Assembly: GCA_023205875.1 (NCBI GenBank)
Contig: CP060757.1
Location: forward strand, 186,001 to 250,000
Direction: 5' to 3'
Length of the DNA: 64,000 nucleotides
DNA from: Chloropicon primus
Lineage: Eukaryota
Within the stretch, counting starts at the first letter, position 1. The number at the start of each line of letters is the position of its first letter. Both the position numbers and the translations under genes were made by a program. The notes below the pieces were generated by a model. The model was given only the letters and a program-made list of their open reading frames with translations. It was not told the origin of the DNA and did no database searches. Shown here piece after piece: positions 40,681 through 51,857 of the stretch.

Positions 40681-40885
40681 TGGACACGCAATGGATCTCG
40701 ATGTGCGATGTCCGATCCAACATTGTAACTTTATCCAACCCCTGTAAAGTATCATCTACGTCTACCATCGGCCAGTCATTCCCTCATTTTCCAGATTTTG
40801 ATTTGCCGGCCGCCTTGGCCTCGCCATCCTTGAGGAAGAAGTGTTCGAGCAAGCTCCGACCAAGTACGAGGCGAGGACTTAGGTT

Positions 40886-42034
40886 ATGCTTTCCTGCCGG
40901 ATCCGCACAACGCGTCACCTCCTCCAAGGGTCTCTCCGTTACTCCACAACAGCCGTGGAAAGCGGCGGAGAGGCTGCTGGAGGAAGCACCACCACGATAG
41001 AAAGTCATGCGAATCAACATCACGTCGTTGCTCAAGGAGAAAAAATCCCTTTGCTCAGTTTCGAAGAATTGTTCTTCCTTCACAATACCTCCTTGCCCTC
41101 CCTGAAGCAGAGGACCTTCCGCGGACGAGTCGTGGCCTCGAACAAGCGCAGTGTCTACGTCGATATTGGTTTGCATAGGCTCGTCAGGTTTCCTCCTCAT
41201 GAGCTCAAGCGAAGGTAAGCGTTCGCATTAAAGGGGCTCGTGCCTTGCCATGCCAGTGGCACTGACTCTGTCTCTGTCTCTTTCCCGAACCTTCCCCGTC
41301 CTCAGTAAGTACGCCGTGGAGCTGTACGAGAGTGCCAGCGGCGAGTTCGAGGGAAAATGGAGTTCTGCTGAAGGAGAAGCGAAGGCCTTGGGAAGCGAGG
41401 AGGAGAGAATGATCCAGAACAGCATACAGAAGAGGCTCGTGAAGGCTGGTTTCGAGTTGCTGAAGGGCGGCAGTCCAGGTACGTTTTGCACATCAAATGT
41501 GTTTCATCCGTGATCCGTGGGACCCCTCTGACTCTCCCTGACTTGTAATGTGTTATAGGTTCGGAGCAGCACTTGGCGGAGATAGAAGAAGGAAAGGAAG
41601 GGTACTCGGATGAAGTGACGAGCCTCTTGGCTGAGCAAAGGGCGTCGAGGGACGCCGTGGAGCAGAAGAGGGCTGAGAAAAGAAAAGAAAAACTCAGAGT
41701 TGGGGATCATATTGACCTGGACTTGCACTATTTTTCGGCATACGATGGCACGATCACCGTGGAGCCCCTTGACACGCCTTCCATGAGCACAACAGAAGCA
41801 GTGTGGAATGAGCTACAGAATGCAGCAGACAGCAATAGGCCGATTCCAGGGAGGATCCTAAACCAAGTGAACAAGGGTTACGCTGTGGGCATTGCAGGTG
41901 TCGTAGCCTTTCTGCCAGAGTCTTTTGCTGTAGAGAAGCGTGTGGGACAGGTTGGAGTGTTGCAATGGTTTCAGATCATTAGTTTGGAGAGGGAAACGAA
42001 CAACATCCTTGTTCGGTGTGCGAAGTTCTCCTAG
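40886..42034 (+). CDS. Mitochondrial ribosomal protein S1-like (S1 domains); exons 40886-41214, 41306-41478, 41559-42034
   Basis: Arg/Ser/Thr-rich presequence, GRVVASNKRSVYVDIG, GRILNQVNKGYAVGIAGVVAFLP. Confidence 0.75.
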
Positions 42035-42103
42035 TTGCTTCCTTTGAAATAACATATGTACATTGTTTAGTTAACTTTTGTGATAAGGCAACACAAGCGC
42101 ATA

Positions 42104-45100
42104 TTAATGGAGCCTTGCGAGCTCTTCTACTTGCTTGCTCAACTCCTCCGCATCCATGTCCATGAGTTGCGCGACTTGGTCCATCCGTTCTTTTCTCAAA
42201 TCCAGGTACGACTCAATCAAATCACCGTCAATGAAGCCGCTCGCCTCCTCCACTTTCCTCTCGTTGTAAAAGCTTCGCCATTTTTGATGAGACAAACCTC
42301 CAACCCCCTTGATGACCTGATTCAGGCACTGTTCCAGCTTGTGGAGCATCTTATACTTCTCAGGCGCCAGGCTCGCCACAATGCCTATGACTCCGTTCAC
42401 CGTGCCAAAGATGAGGGTCTTCATTGCGGATGATCCACTTTCTGGCAATTGCATGACTAGCGAACCCTTCCTGAAGCGGTTCACGAACTCTCCCAAATGA
42501 AATTGACCTACAGGCTCGAGCTTCTGCCTCAAATCCTCCGAAGCGCTGTCACTATTCCTTTTGACACTGAAAAGATTGAAGGAGTTTTCCGCTCCCAGGT
42601 ACGTGTCATCATCCAAAAAGTGGACTGCTGTCATCCAGTTCGTATTGAAGTCGCACGCGAGCAGCTCAATGGCGCCCTCCTCGGGTTTGTACACGAGCAA
42701 AGATATTGACTTCATCAAATCCCCAACCACAATGAAATCTCCTCTAGACTGCACATACAAGGCCAAGATATGATTGTGGTGACTGCACTCGTTTGCGAGT
42801 TCCCACGACCCTTCCTCCCTCTGCTGCCACCTGAAAACCTGAACCTTGCTGTTAACTCCCACAAGCAACTTTCCATTGAATGAATTCAGGTTGTAAACGG
42901 CGCCTTTCACTTCTTTGGAATGGACCAGATCAAGAGAAATGCTCCCATTGTTGTTTGTCACAAGAAAGACTAGTATCCTTCCCCTTGCAGGCTCCACTTC
43001 ATCAGGAGGGGCATACGCCGTGCCTATCAAGTAGTAGTGATGCTTCTCGTCCTTCTCAAAGGCACAGCTTACGATGGAACAGGCATGTTCATAAGAATCA
43101 AGCTGAAACTTTGAAAGGGTTTCAAAGGTCTGATCATCAATGAGCCTAACGTAATTGATTTCGTTGTCATCTTTCGTCGACTCGAAGTCTGAGCTCACGG
43201 TGCAGACAGCAAAAGTATGAGATTCTTTCTGGTGGCATATCCTTCTTGGCTGCTCCCCTAGAGGAATCGTCCTAATATGCAACTTTTGAATCTGGTCAAT
43301 CGTGCCTATGACCATAGTCTCGTCCTGGATAAACGCCAGGCATTCCGGGAACGCCTCGGCGTTGAATGAGGACATGTGCGTAACTTCTCTGAGGTTCACG
43401 TTCGAATACAAGAGCTTCCTGTTCGAGGAATAGATAACTGTAGGCCTGTCCGAAGCCGCGAAGACGTGGTGGGATCCGTTGGTAGCAAAGAGCTTCAAAG
43501 TCATCGGCTGCGTTCCTAGAGAGACTTTCTTCCTGTCCGTCAGCTGGAAGCCATTCTGTTCATCCACAACAAAGGTGAAGAGATGACCATCTCCGAGAGC
43601 AACCATGCAGTAAAGAACGCCCTCAAGCCTACAAATCAATGAAGACCTCGGAATAACATCCACACCCAGTGTAATTGTGGATATCGTCCTCAAGTCAGGC
43701 AAGCTGCAAACAACTACAGTCATGTTCCACAATCCCAAACACGCGAACGCTGGCGTCGACTGCTGCTGGACGCCCTCTTGCGTTTTGGGTCCGATGTCAA
43801 TGCATGAGATCTCCGCGGGCATGGTCGCCCTGCTCTTCTCTACCAATTTCCCTGCCTGCAGCTCCATGTGAACGAGCTGCCCTTGAGACAGTGCGACGAG
43901 CAGGACATTCTCTGTGCACGTGGCAGCTGTTATCCTGATGCTTCCGATAGAGCCCTCGTTTCCACTCGAAGACGCCTCAGGCTTCCAGGACTCTACCAAA
44001 ACATGGCTCGATGCGTTGATGAGCCTCACTTCCTTCGGAGTCACCTGGAGTATCTGATCGCTTGCCACATTTGCACAAAGCAGACTTTGCTCCTCAGACT
44101 CGAGGCCTGCAATCTCAGTCTCCTCGAGTTCGTCTTCCTCATTGATGGCCAGGACTCTCGTTGCGCCAACGAACGTCACAAGAAGGTACTTGTCAAAAGC
44201 ACTTTGCCCATCCCCGCTGCTGCTGCCACCGGCTTTTAGGCTCCACATGCCTTTCACGCCAGGAAGCTCGATGCTAGCCTGCTCATTGATACCTATTCCA
44301 TTCCTGATAACTCTGAGAGATCCATCGGCGTAGACGCCGCTGCAGGTCACCACCTGGCCCTGGCCCTGGTGCTCCAGCTCTGCCACGGAAAAGTCAACGA
44401 TGGGACCCAAATTTACAAAAGTCTCAAGAACCTCCACAAAATTGTTCTGGTCCTCCCCCATACCTCCTTGTGGGGTCGCCAAGAGTCTGATCAACTGAGA
44501 GTCGCCATAGGAAGATCCCACGAAGACTACCCCGTTGTCCAAGTAAGAAAGGGTACTCGCCACGCTCGTTCTTCCCAATTGCTGGAGCTTCAATCCCACC
44601 ACCTTTTGATCCGTGTGCACCAAAACAAGCAGGTGCAAAGTCCCAGTGATGTCGCTAAGCAGGTACCTGGACCCGTCCGGGTCGATGATCCCGTAAGCTT
44701 TCGTGATCGTCTGCTTTATAGGGATGACGCTCGTGGCTTTCCCGTCGAAGTACATGATTGTCTGCTCCCCTACCACGATCGCGCCCCCAAGAGGTGTGGG
44801 CACTGGTATGATGACGTTGGCGCCCATATCCAAGTTGCTGTGGTCCCAAGGGCCCGGCTCAAACTCCTTGTCCCTCAAGTTTATGGAGTAGGTCCTGATG
44901 TGCTTGGCAGACTTTGTGTCCTGATAAAGGATCGCGATCGTGGGCTTGTCACACCCATAAAGAAACTTTATCGTGATGACGTTCAGTTCCTCCAACCTGA
45001 TATTGAAGGCGTCGTGGAGCTTCCCGGTCGAGTCTATGGGGATGATCTTGAAGAGGCCGTCGTATAAGTGAAGCCCGATCATTCGGCACTCCGGGTCAAT

Positions 45101-45469
45101 GATCCCGACTTGCCCGTTGTCCGTTGGCCTCCCTATCCTGTCCTGCATATCACCCCCCGCCCTCGTCACGAGCTCCCCTGTCGCCGCGTCATACGCCAAA
45201 ACGCAAAAGTGGTACCTCTCCGTGGACAAGAATATCAGGTCCTGCTCCTCCCCTGGCGATCTGAACAGCTCCAGGGTCGCTATCCTTCCGTAAAACGGCA
45301 CGTCAGTCAAAGGCTGCAGCCCATCTGCAGTCAGCAAGTAGATCTCCACCCTCGTGCACTTGACCACGATCAGGTTGATGTCATCTTTCGAGGTGAAGTT
45401 TCCCACCACCGAGTGCGTCACGTTCGTCGGCTTGTGGGCCGTCACCACGTAGTTGTACGAAGAAGACAT
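42104..45469 (-). CDS. DDB1: DNA damage-binding protein 1 (CUL4 adaptor)
   Basis: YNYVVTAHKPT, YLDNGVVFVGSSYGDSQL, NLGPIVDF, FHLGEFVNRFRKGSLV, FIDGDLIE, EELARLH. Confidence 0.98.
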   Translation of the reverse strand: MSSSYNYVVTAHKPTNVTHSVVGNFTSKDDINLIVVKCTRVEIYLLTADGLQPLTDVPFYGRIATLELFRSPGEEQDLIFLSTERYHFCVLAYDAATGELVTRAGGDMQDRIGRPTDNGQVGIIDPECRMIGLHLYDGLFKIIPIDSTGKLHDAFNIRLEELNVITIKFLYGCDKPTIAILYQDTKSAKHIRTYSINLRDKEFEPGPWDHSNLDMGANVIIPVPTPLGGAIVVGEQTIMYFDGKATSVIPIKQTITKAYGIIDPDGSRYLLSDITGTLHLLVLVHTDQKVVGLKLQQLGRTSVASTLSYLDNGVVFVGSSYGDSQLIRLLATPQGGMGEDQNNFVEVLETFVNLGPIVDFSVAELEHQGQGQVVTCSGVYADGSLRVIRNGIGINEQASIELPGVKGMWSLKAGGSSSGDGQSAFDKYLLVTFVGATRVLAINEEDELEETEIAGLESEEQSLLCANVASDQILQVTPKEVRLINASSHVLVESWKPEASSSGNEGSIGSIRITAATCTENVLLVALSQGQLVHMELQAGKLVEKSRATMPAEISCIDIGPKTQEGVQQQSTPAFACLGLWNMTVVVCSLPDLRTISTITLGVDVIPRSSLICRLEGVLYCMVALGDGHLFTFVVDEQNGFQLTDRKKVSLGTQPMTLKLFATNGSHHVFAASDRPTVIYSSNRKLLYSNVNLREVTHMSSFNAEAFPECLAFIQDETMVIGTIDQIQKLHIRTIPLGEQPRRICHQKESHTFAVCTVSSDFESTKDDNEINYVRLIDDQTFETLSKFQLDSYEHACSIVSCAFEKDEKHHYYLIGTAYAPPDEVEPARGRILVFLVTNNNGSISLDLVHSKEVKGAVYNLNSFNGKLLVGVNSKVQVFRWQQREEGSWELANECSHHNHILALYVQSRGDFIVVGDLMKSISLLVYKPEEGAIELLACDFNTNWMTAVHFLDDDTYLGAENSFNLFSVKRNSDSASEDLRQKLEPVGQFHLGEFVNRFRKGSLVMQLPESGSSAMKTLIFGTVNGVIGIVASLAPEKYKMLHKLEQCLNQVIKGVGGLSHQKWRSFYNERKVEEASGFIDGDLIESYLDLRKERMDQVAQLMDMDAEELSKQVEELARLH

Positions 45470-45831
45470 CCTCTTGCCTCTCCCTCTCTCCCTCTCTCTC
45501 CCTCACCCTCTCTCTCTGCTCCGAGCAACTTCCTCTCTCTCTCTCTCCTCAAGGGATCGATGACGAAAGCAAATGCTTCAAGTGAGGGGTCGATCGAAAC
45601 CTCTCGAGGTGTACTATCGCTTGGCCTGGCTCTCCCCCCCTTCCCGCTCCGTTCTCGTCCTCCCCTTCCCGCTCCGTTCTCGTCCTCCCTCTCCACTGAT
45701 CGCGATGATCGATCGTAAACCCTCGCGTTGGCAAAGGGCGGGAAGGGGAAACAAAACGCGAGGAACACCGCGAGGACAGGTGAGTTTGCCTTGAGGAGGG
45801 AGGGACAAAGGGGGAAAGGGAGGGAGAGGGA

Positions 45832-46097
45832 GAGTGGATCATCGCAAGATTCATCTCTTGCCCTTTCGTTTGACACCTCGCTCGAAGGATTTGGTCCCAT
45901 GGCGGAGGAGGGAAACCCCTGATCAGGAGCTGTCTGTCTCAACCTCAAGCAGGAACGCGCAAGACGTGGACCTCGGGGAAGTGCTCGACGGGGAAGGGAG
46001 GGACGAGGAGAGAGAGGGAGAGTGGAGCGTCGCAAGATTCATCTCTTGCCCTTTCGTTTGACACCTCGCTCGAAGGGTTTGGTCTTATGGCGGAGGA
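45832..46097. repeat. Direct duplication of a ~78-bp block, 188-bp period
   Basis: CGCAAGATTCATCTCTTGCCCTTTCGTTTGACACCTCGCTCGAAGG occurs at ~45843 and ~46031. Confidence 0.92.
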
Positions 46098-46118
46098 CGC
46101 TGACGTGTGACTGGTACT

Positions 46119-46164
46119 GGTTTAGGTTTAGGTTTAGTTAGGTAAAAACCTAAACCTAAAACCC
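46119..46164. repeat. Inverted telomere-like tract (TTTAGG)n...(CCTAAA)n
   Basis: GGTTTAGGTTTAGGTTTAGTTAGGTAAAAACCTAAACCTAAAACCC. Confidence 0.8.
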
Positions 46165-46210
46165 ATTTTCCTCTCATCTTTCTGGAACTGCAGGACTGGA
46201 GTTTGGAAGG

Positions 46211-46372
46211 ATGCCCGAGGTGCAGGGACTGGTGGGTGGAGACTACCTCCAAGGCTGGGGCAACGTTGTTGTGGCGCTCGTGGGCCTGCACCTTCTTGCT
46301 CTTGCGTTCTGGGTGTGGAAAGTGGTCAATGAAACGACTCCCGCGAAGAAGTCAGAGGAGGACAAGGAGTGA
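46211..46372 (+). CDS. 53-aa single-pass membrane microprotein (MPEVQGLVGGDYLQGWGNVVVALVGLHLLALAFWVWKVVNETTPAKKSEEDKE)
   Basis: Clean small ORF with a TM helix and charged tail, below the ORF-track length cutoff; preceded by a plausible 5'-UTR intron (GTGAGT at 45780 to CTGCAG at 46193). Confidence 0.7.
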   Translation: MPEVQGLVGGDYLQGWGNVVVALVGLHLLALAFWVWKVVNETTPAKKSEEDKE

Positions 46373-46512
46373 GTGAGTGAGTGAGCGGAGCGAACGGCGA
46401 GGGTGAGGGAGAAACGCCCCCTTGCTTGACTTTTGGGGGAGTATGTACATTTTACAATTACATTAGTAGTAGCCACCTTTCTTTGCTGCTGGTTGTCTTG
46501 TTGTTGCCGTCG

Positions 46513-47779
46513 TCAGTCTTGTCCACCCCCGCAGCCGAGGTCGGAGCGGCACAAGGGGCAGCTTCTCTTTTTCCTGAGCCATGGGTCAAGGCACCTCGCG
46601 TGAAAGGTGTGGTTGCAGTGAGGCAAGATCCTCACGTGCTCTCCGGCCTTGAAGCTCTCGAAGCAGATTGTACATTGCCCCTTCAGAGAGGAAACGAAAG
46701 GAGAACAGGAGTCCGTGAGTCGAAAAGGCGCGAGCCAAGCCAAGAACCAAAGAAGAAAAAAAGGATGAGCGGACTTACGTGTGTGGTTGACGCCTTCTCG
46801 TAAGGTATTTCCTTGAGCTCGTTCGGAGAAAGGCCCGAGGGGCGAGAACCGAAGGCCGAACCACCAGCACTTCCACCCCCGACGTCCCTGGTTGGGTAAG
46901 CGTATCTCCCGTTCGTATTCGTGATCCTGATCAAAACCTCGGGAGGCAGCCTGAGCTCTCTCAGGGCGTACTCCAACCCAGAGTTCACGGAGAAGGTGTC
47001 CCAGTGGAACAGGCTGACGTGAAATCTGCCAAGCCTCGAGAAGAAGGTCGGAGCCCCTCCTCCAGGCGCCTCCGTTGTTGTGGTGCCGCTCGACGACGAG
47101 GAGCTCCCGCTGGTGTTCCTGCTCTCCGACCTCCTGCGACTCGCTGGCTCTGAGCCGCCGTCGAAAAGAAGCTGCGAGGTTTCCAAGGCCTCTACCGACA
47201 CGATGGCACCGGCAAGGGCACCCAGGCCAATTCCTCTCAGTATTCCCCCCCGCGACGGTTGAGCTGAACGACGTGCGAAAGTCAGTTAGCATGGTGGGTG
47301 AGGGGGGCAACGAATGGGGCAACGAATGGGGCAACGAATGGGGAACCGACGAAGAAAGAAGAAGCGAAAACCAACTTACCCGCCACGGCACCCGCCACGG
47401 CACCCGCGAAAGAACCCAAGAGGGCGATGACACCCCTTAGCGCGCCATTCAGTACCGGTTTCAGGCTGCAGGGTATTATAGCGAAAAGCGTGACCCCGAC
47501 GTCCGAAACCTGAGACACCGCGAGGTCCCCTCCCACCAAACCCTCCTCCTCCTTGCTTCCACCGTCCCCCTCCTCGCTCCCTCGCTGCCAACCCTTCCTC
47601 CCCTTTCCGCAAAGCTCGCACCGCTCCGTGCACCTCTTGTTGTGGAACGTGCACCTCACGCAAGGCCACGAGGTCTCCTCCACCCTGTCGCAGTTGTACA
47701 GGAACTGAGGCCCGCCACTCTCCTCCTCCTCACGGTATTGAGAAGGGTTCTCCGCCCTCAACGGAGCCGTCCTCAGCAT
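46513..47779 (-). CDS. RING-H2 E3 ligase, NEP1-interacting-protein-like, with N-terminal RanBP2-type zinc finger; three exons
   Basis: WPCVRCTFHN..CELCG; Gly/Ala-rich TM segments (ILRGIGLGALAGAIVSVE after splicing); CTICFESF...LPHCNHTFHARCLDPWL...CPLCR. Confidence 0.82.
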
Positions 47780-48526
47780 CCCAACCCACCTCTGCTCCTC
47801 CCCTCCCCTTGAAACGGAAACCAGAAACAGATATGCCTCGAGTCAGTTCCCTCTCATCCAATAATGCATCCCAACCTTCGACCAAGGTATCAAACGAAAG
47901 AGGAAGAAAAGACGCTCGTCGTAACACACCTCTCTCTCCCGCCAACACCTCGCCTGCGGACGCAAAACCTCACCTCAAACGCGCCACTCGAAAAAGTGAA
48001 CCTCGGTTTCCACTTTTTTTGCCACGTCCTCCAGAGGAGGAGAGCGAGAGGATTGATCGATCGGGCGATCGATCGCCGATCGGTTGTGTCGTGGTGTGTT
48101 TGTGTTTGGGGAGAGAGAGAGGACAGGGGAGGACAGGAGAGGGGACGAAAGTTAGCCAGTTGTCTTCCTTGTCTCGCGAGCTTTCTGTCCAAGTGTCGGT
48201 CGAAGGATTTTGACTTTGGAGAAAAGGAACGGAGGGATCAAACGAACGGTGGAGACAGAGACGAGACAGAAAGTATTCGTAATCGATCGACTGTGTGGCT
48301 TCTTACGGAAGAGAGAGAGGGGAGGGAGGTCCGTATTCGTCTTTCTCGTCTCGCAGTCGTCTTCCTCGTCTCGGTGTCGGTTGAAGTGGTTGCTTGCTTG
48401 GCCTGGGAGGAGGAGAGAGAAGGGAAAGAAGAGAGGTGATCAGTGGATCGATTTGTTGGGGAGGCGGAGGGGAGGGAGGAGAGGGATCGTAGGCGCCGTC
48501 GTGTCCATCCTCGTCTTTGCGTCGCC

Positions 48527-49618
48527 ATGAAAGGCGCAGGAGAGCAAGCGAGGCAGACGGCCGAGCGCCTGAAGACGAAAGGGAACGAGTGCTTCCACAA
48601 GGTAACTGACGCGCGAGCGAGTCTCCTGCGGAGCAGCGAAGAAGCTCGATACCCGGGCAAGGTGATCCAAGTTTTCTGACTCTTCTCTCTTTCTTTTTCT
48701 CTTTCTTTCTCCCCTTCTCTCCTCCTGCTCCTTCTGCTGCTGCTTGCTTCGCAGAACAAGATCGGGGCCGCAATCGACCTGTACACGGAGGCGTTCACGC
48801 TGTGTCCCCACTGGCCTGTCCCCCTTGTCAACAGAGCTTTGTGCCACAAGAAGAACGAGGACTGGAACAAAGTGATCGAGGACTGCGAGAAAGTGATTCA
48901 GGTGAGCCCTCGCGTCAGAGAGTGAGTGGGAAGCCACCCGGACTTTGTGACTAAAAAGCATGCTTGATGCCTGACAAAATGTTCCGTTTTGCAGTTGGAC
49001 ACCGACAACCTCAAGGCGCACTTCTTCCTCGGACTGGCCCAGACGAACACGAACAGGCCCCACCTCGCCGTCCAGAACTTGTCCACGGCCTTGAAGCTTG
49101 CAAGGAACACGGAGAGCACGATCAAGGAGGAGGTGTGGCGGACCCTCGCCAGGGCCAAGTTCGAATCCCACAGCAGGACCGCGGCAGAGAGGGCGGTTCG
49201 GAGGGGGGAACTCCTGCAGAGGCTCAAGTCTCTGCTCAAGGAGGACGTCAGCAGAAGGATAAAAGACAGCGACTCGTCCCTGCCGGACATCTTGGAGCAG
49301 CAAGAGGAGCTGGAGAGGGACACCAGCCTCCTCGAGGACGTCTTCAAGTCGGACGAGCTCAAGTACCAGGGGGAAGACGTCCCCAACTGGTGCACCTGCC
49401 AGCTCACGCTGGAGGTGTTTCACGAGCCGGTGGTGACTCCTTGCGGAATCTCCTACGAGAACCAAGTTCTTCTGGAGCATCTCAGGAAAGTGGGCGAGTT
49501 CGACCCGGTGACGAGACGTCCGATGAAGGCGAAAGACGTCCGGAAAAACATAGGGCTGAGAAACGCTGTGGAGTCCTACTTGGACGACAACCCGTGGGCC
49601 TGGTATTACGCCATGTAG
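48527..49618 (+). CDS. CHIP: CHIP/STUB1 TPR + U-box E3 ligase; introns about 48602-48754 and 48902-48993
   Basis: AERLKTKGNECF TPR start, KAHFFLG, U-box CQLTLEVFHEPVVTPCGISYE...FDPVTR...NPWA. Confidence 0.92.
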
Positions 49619-50008
49619 ACAGGCCCGCCGATGGTGGTCCTTTAGGTGATTGATGTGTTTGTGCAAGCAAGCAAAGAACCCACAAGCAATAACAAAAGAA
49701 TTGGATTGTATCATAACAAATTATATTAAAATTGTTGAAATTGTTTTTTGCTTTTCGCGCTTTCCAGCCCTCAAGTGACGTACCCATCGAAAGATCCCGA
49801 GCCCTACTGTCTAGCGCACTCCACCCTCCACACCGCTTTGTGAGCCTCCTCTCTCCACAACCCAGCCGCCATCAAGCCCAAGCCGATTCCTCTCCTCTCC
49901 TCTCCTCTCTCGATCTCCTCTGGGCACTGGGCACGTGCCTCCGTCAGAGCAGAGCAGAGGAAGGGCTGCAGGCTTTGGCGGAGGACTTGGGTGGCGCGGG
50001 GCGGGGAC

Positions 50009-51148
50009 ATGAGGCTGAAGAAGTATCACCTCTCGCCGCCCGTGTCGCATTCGGGAGGGTCAAGCACGAGGCACCACCCGTTCGCCGACTTTCGAGATGA
50101 AGAGAGATGGAACAGAAACAAAGCGATTGCTTCGTTGTGCCTCGTACAATGTCTGTTCGGCATCGGCACGGTTTTCGTGAAGTGGACCCTCAAGTCTACG
50201 AGCGTGAAGCCGATTACTTTGCTCCTCCACCGTGAAGTCTCTGCGGCGATCATCTTGGTCTTGCTTTCTTCCAGACACGGTAAGCCTTTGGCAATAATCT
50301 TCTCTGGGACTCTGCCATTCGGGTAGCCCTCTGCGTTTTTGGTCTGACACGCGCTCTGCAATCGGCCAGGCTGGCCCCTCAGGAAGCACTTCAAGGAGTT
50401 CCTTGTCGCCGGGTTTTGCATGTTTCTCAATCAGGCCCTGTTCATCGTCGGCGTGGACCTCTCGGGGGCGCTCGTCGCCAGCTGCATCCAGCCCTCCCAG
50501 CCGATCGTGACGTTTGCTATCGCCGTCCTCGTGGGCCAAGAGAAGATCGACTCCAAGCGGTGCGTCGGACTGGGCTTCGCTGTCGTCGGAGCCGTGGCGG
50601 TGGTTCTCGGGGACGTCCTCGTGACTGGCAAGTCAGCGGCCGAGGTTGGGAAGAACTCGCTGTTGGGCGACGTTTGCTTGATCGCAAACTGCTTGGCGAT
50701 GGGATTCTGCTACGTCCTGGTGAAGGAGCTGAACAAGTGGTACTCTTCCATCGTTGTCATCGCTTGGATCTACGCGTACGCGGCTTTATTTCTCGTGATG
50801 ACCGCTCCCTTCTTCCTTTCGGAGAGGACCGAGGTGAGGATCTTCTCTTGGGGCTGGCAGTGGCCTTTGCACGCCCACTCGGACTGACACACGCAAACAC
50901 ACACACACACACACAAACATTTTCTCTCTCTCTCTCTCTCTTCGCTCCCGAAGTGGCTTCTGCCCAAGCAAGCGATACCGGCCTACCTTTATCTCGTCCT
51001 GGTCATAAGCGTTATGTCTTATGTAGTGATCAGCTGGAGCAACAGGCACCTGGACAGCTCCCAAGTCAGGTGAGTAGGGAGAGACCTTAGGTTTTTCGTA
51101 ATCCCTTTTTCGATAGAACTGACTCGTCCAACCCTCTTTCACATCACA

Positions 51149-51186
<38 letters not shown>

Positions 51187-51377
51187 CACGCACGCAAACG
51201 CACGCAAACCACGATCCCAGTTCCTTCACTTGTCTCCAACCCGTCGTGGGGGCCCTGGGAGCTTGTCTGCTCTTGAGTGAAGTGCCCACTCTCGGCGAAG
51301 CCCTTGGGGGGGTCATGATTGTCCTCGGTTTGCTCCTCACAGTCTCCTCGTCCTCGTCCTCCTCCTCGAGGAAATAA
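50009..51377 (+). CDS. EamA/DMT (WAT1-related, MtN21-like) transporter; multi-exon
   Basis: About 10 TM segments; FLNQALFIVG, IQPSQPIVTF, LGDVCLIANC; final exon FTCLQPVVGALGACLLLSE..GGVMIVLGL ending in TAA at 51377. Confidence 0.85.
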
Positions 51378-51795
51378 CAAAACCAAATTTAAAAAAAAAG
51401 TATCAATAACTATATTCTTATTATATTCTAAAAAAGAGGGAAGCCTTTCATTGAGAGGAAGAGTCCCTTTCCTCTTTCCTCTTTTCCCCTCCTCTTCTGA
51501 TTGGGAGACCTTCGTTGCTCGCAATTAGGATAATCCCAAGCCCAAGCCATTGGATGATCTGCTCCCAGGACCAAGCCAAGAAGCCCAAGAAGAAGAAGAA
51601 CACAAGAAGCACAAGCATGTGATCCTCGTGGATCTTGTTGCTCCTCTCTCTCGCTCTCTGTGGACCCTCCATCCCTCCCTCCCTCCTCTCTCCTCCTGGT
51701 CTCTTAATTTTCCCTTGCTTTGCTTTTCTGCCCCCGCGAGCCCCGCGAGCGACGAGGCCAGCGAGCCAAGGAGCAAGGAGATCCTTAAACGAAGA

Positions 51796-51837
<42 letters not shown>

Positions 51838-51857
51838 CGAGGAGTGAGTGAAGAGGG

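Noticed and set aside
3226..45469. Apparent genome-maintenance cluster (WDR70, KNL1, BRCA2, DDB1)
   Set aside because: Spread over 40 kb among unrelated genes; chance is sufficient in a compact genome.
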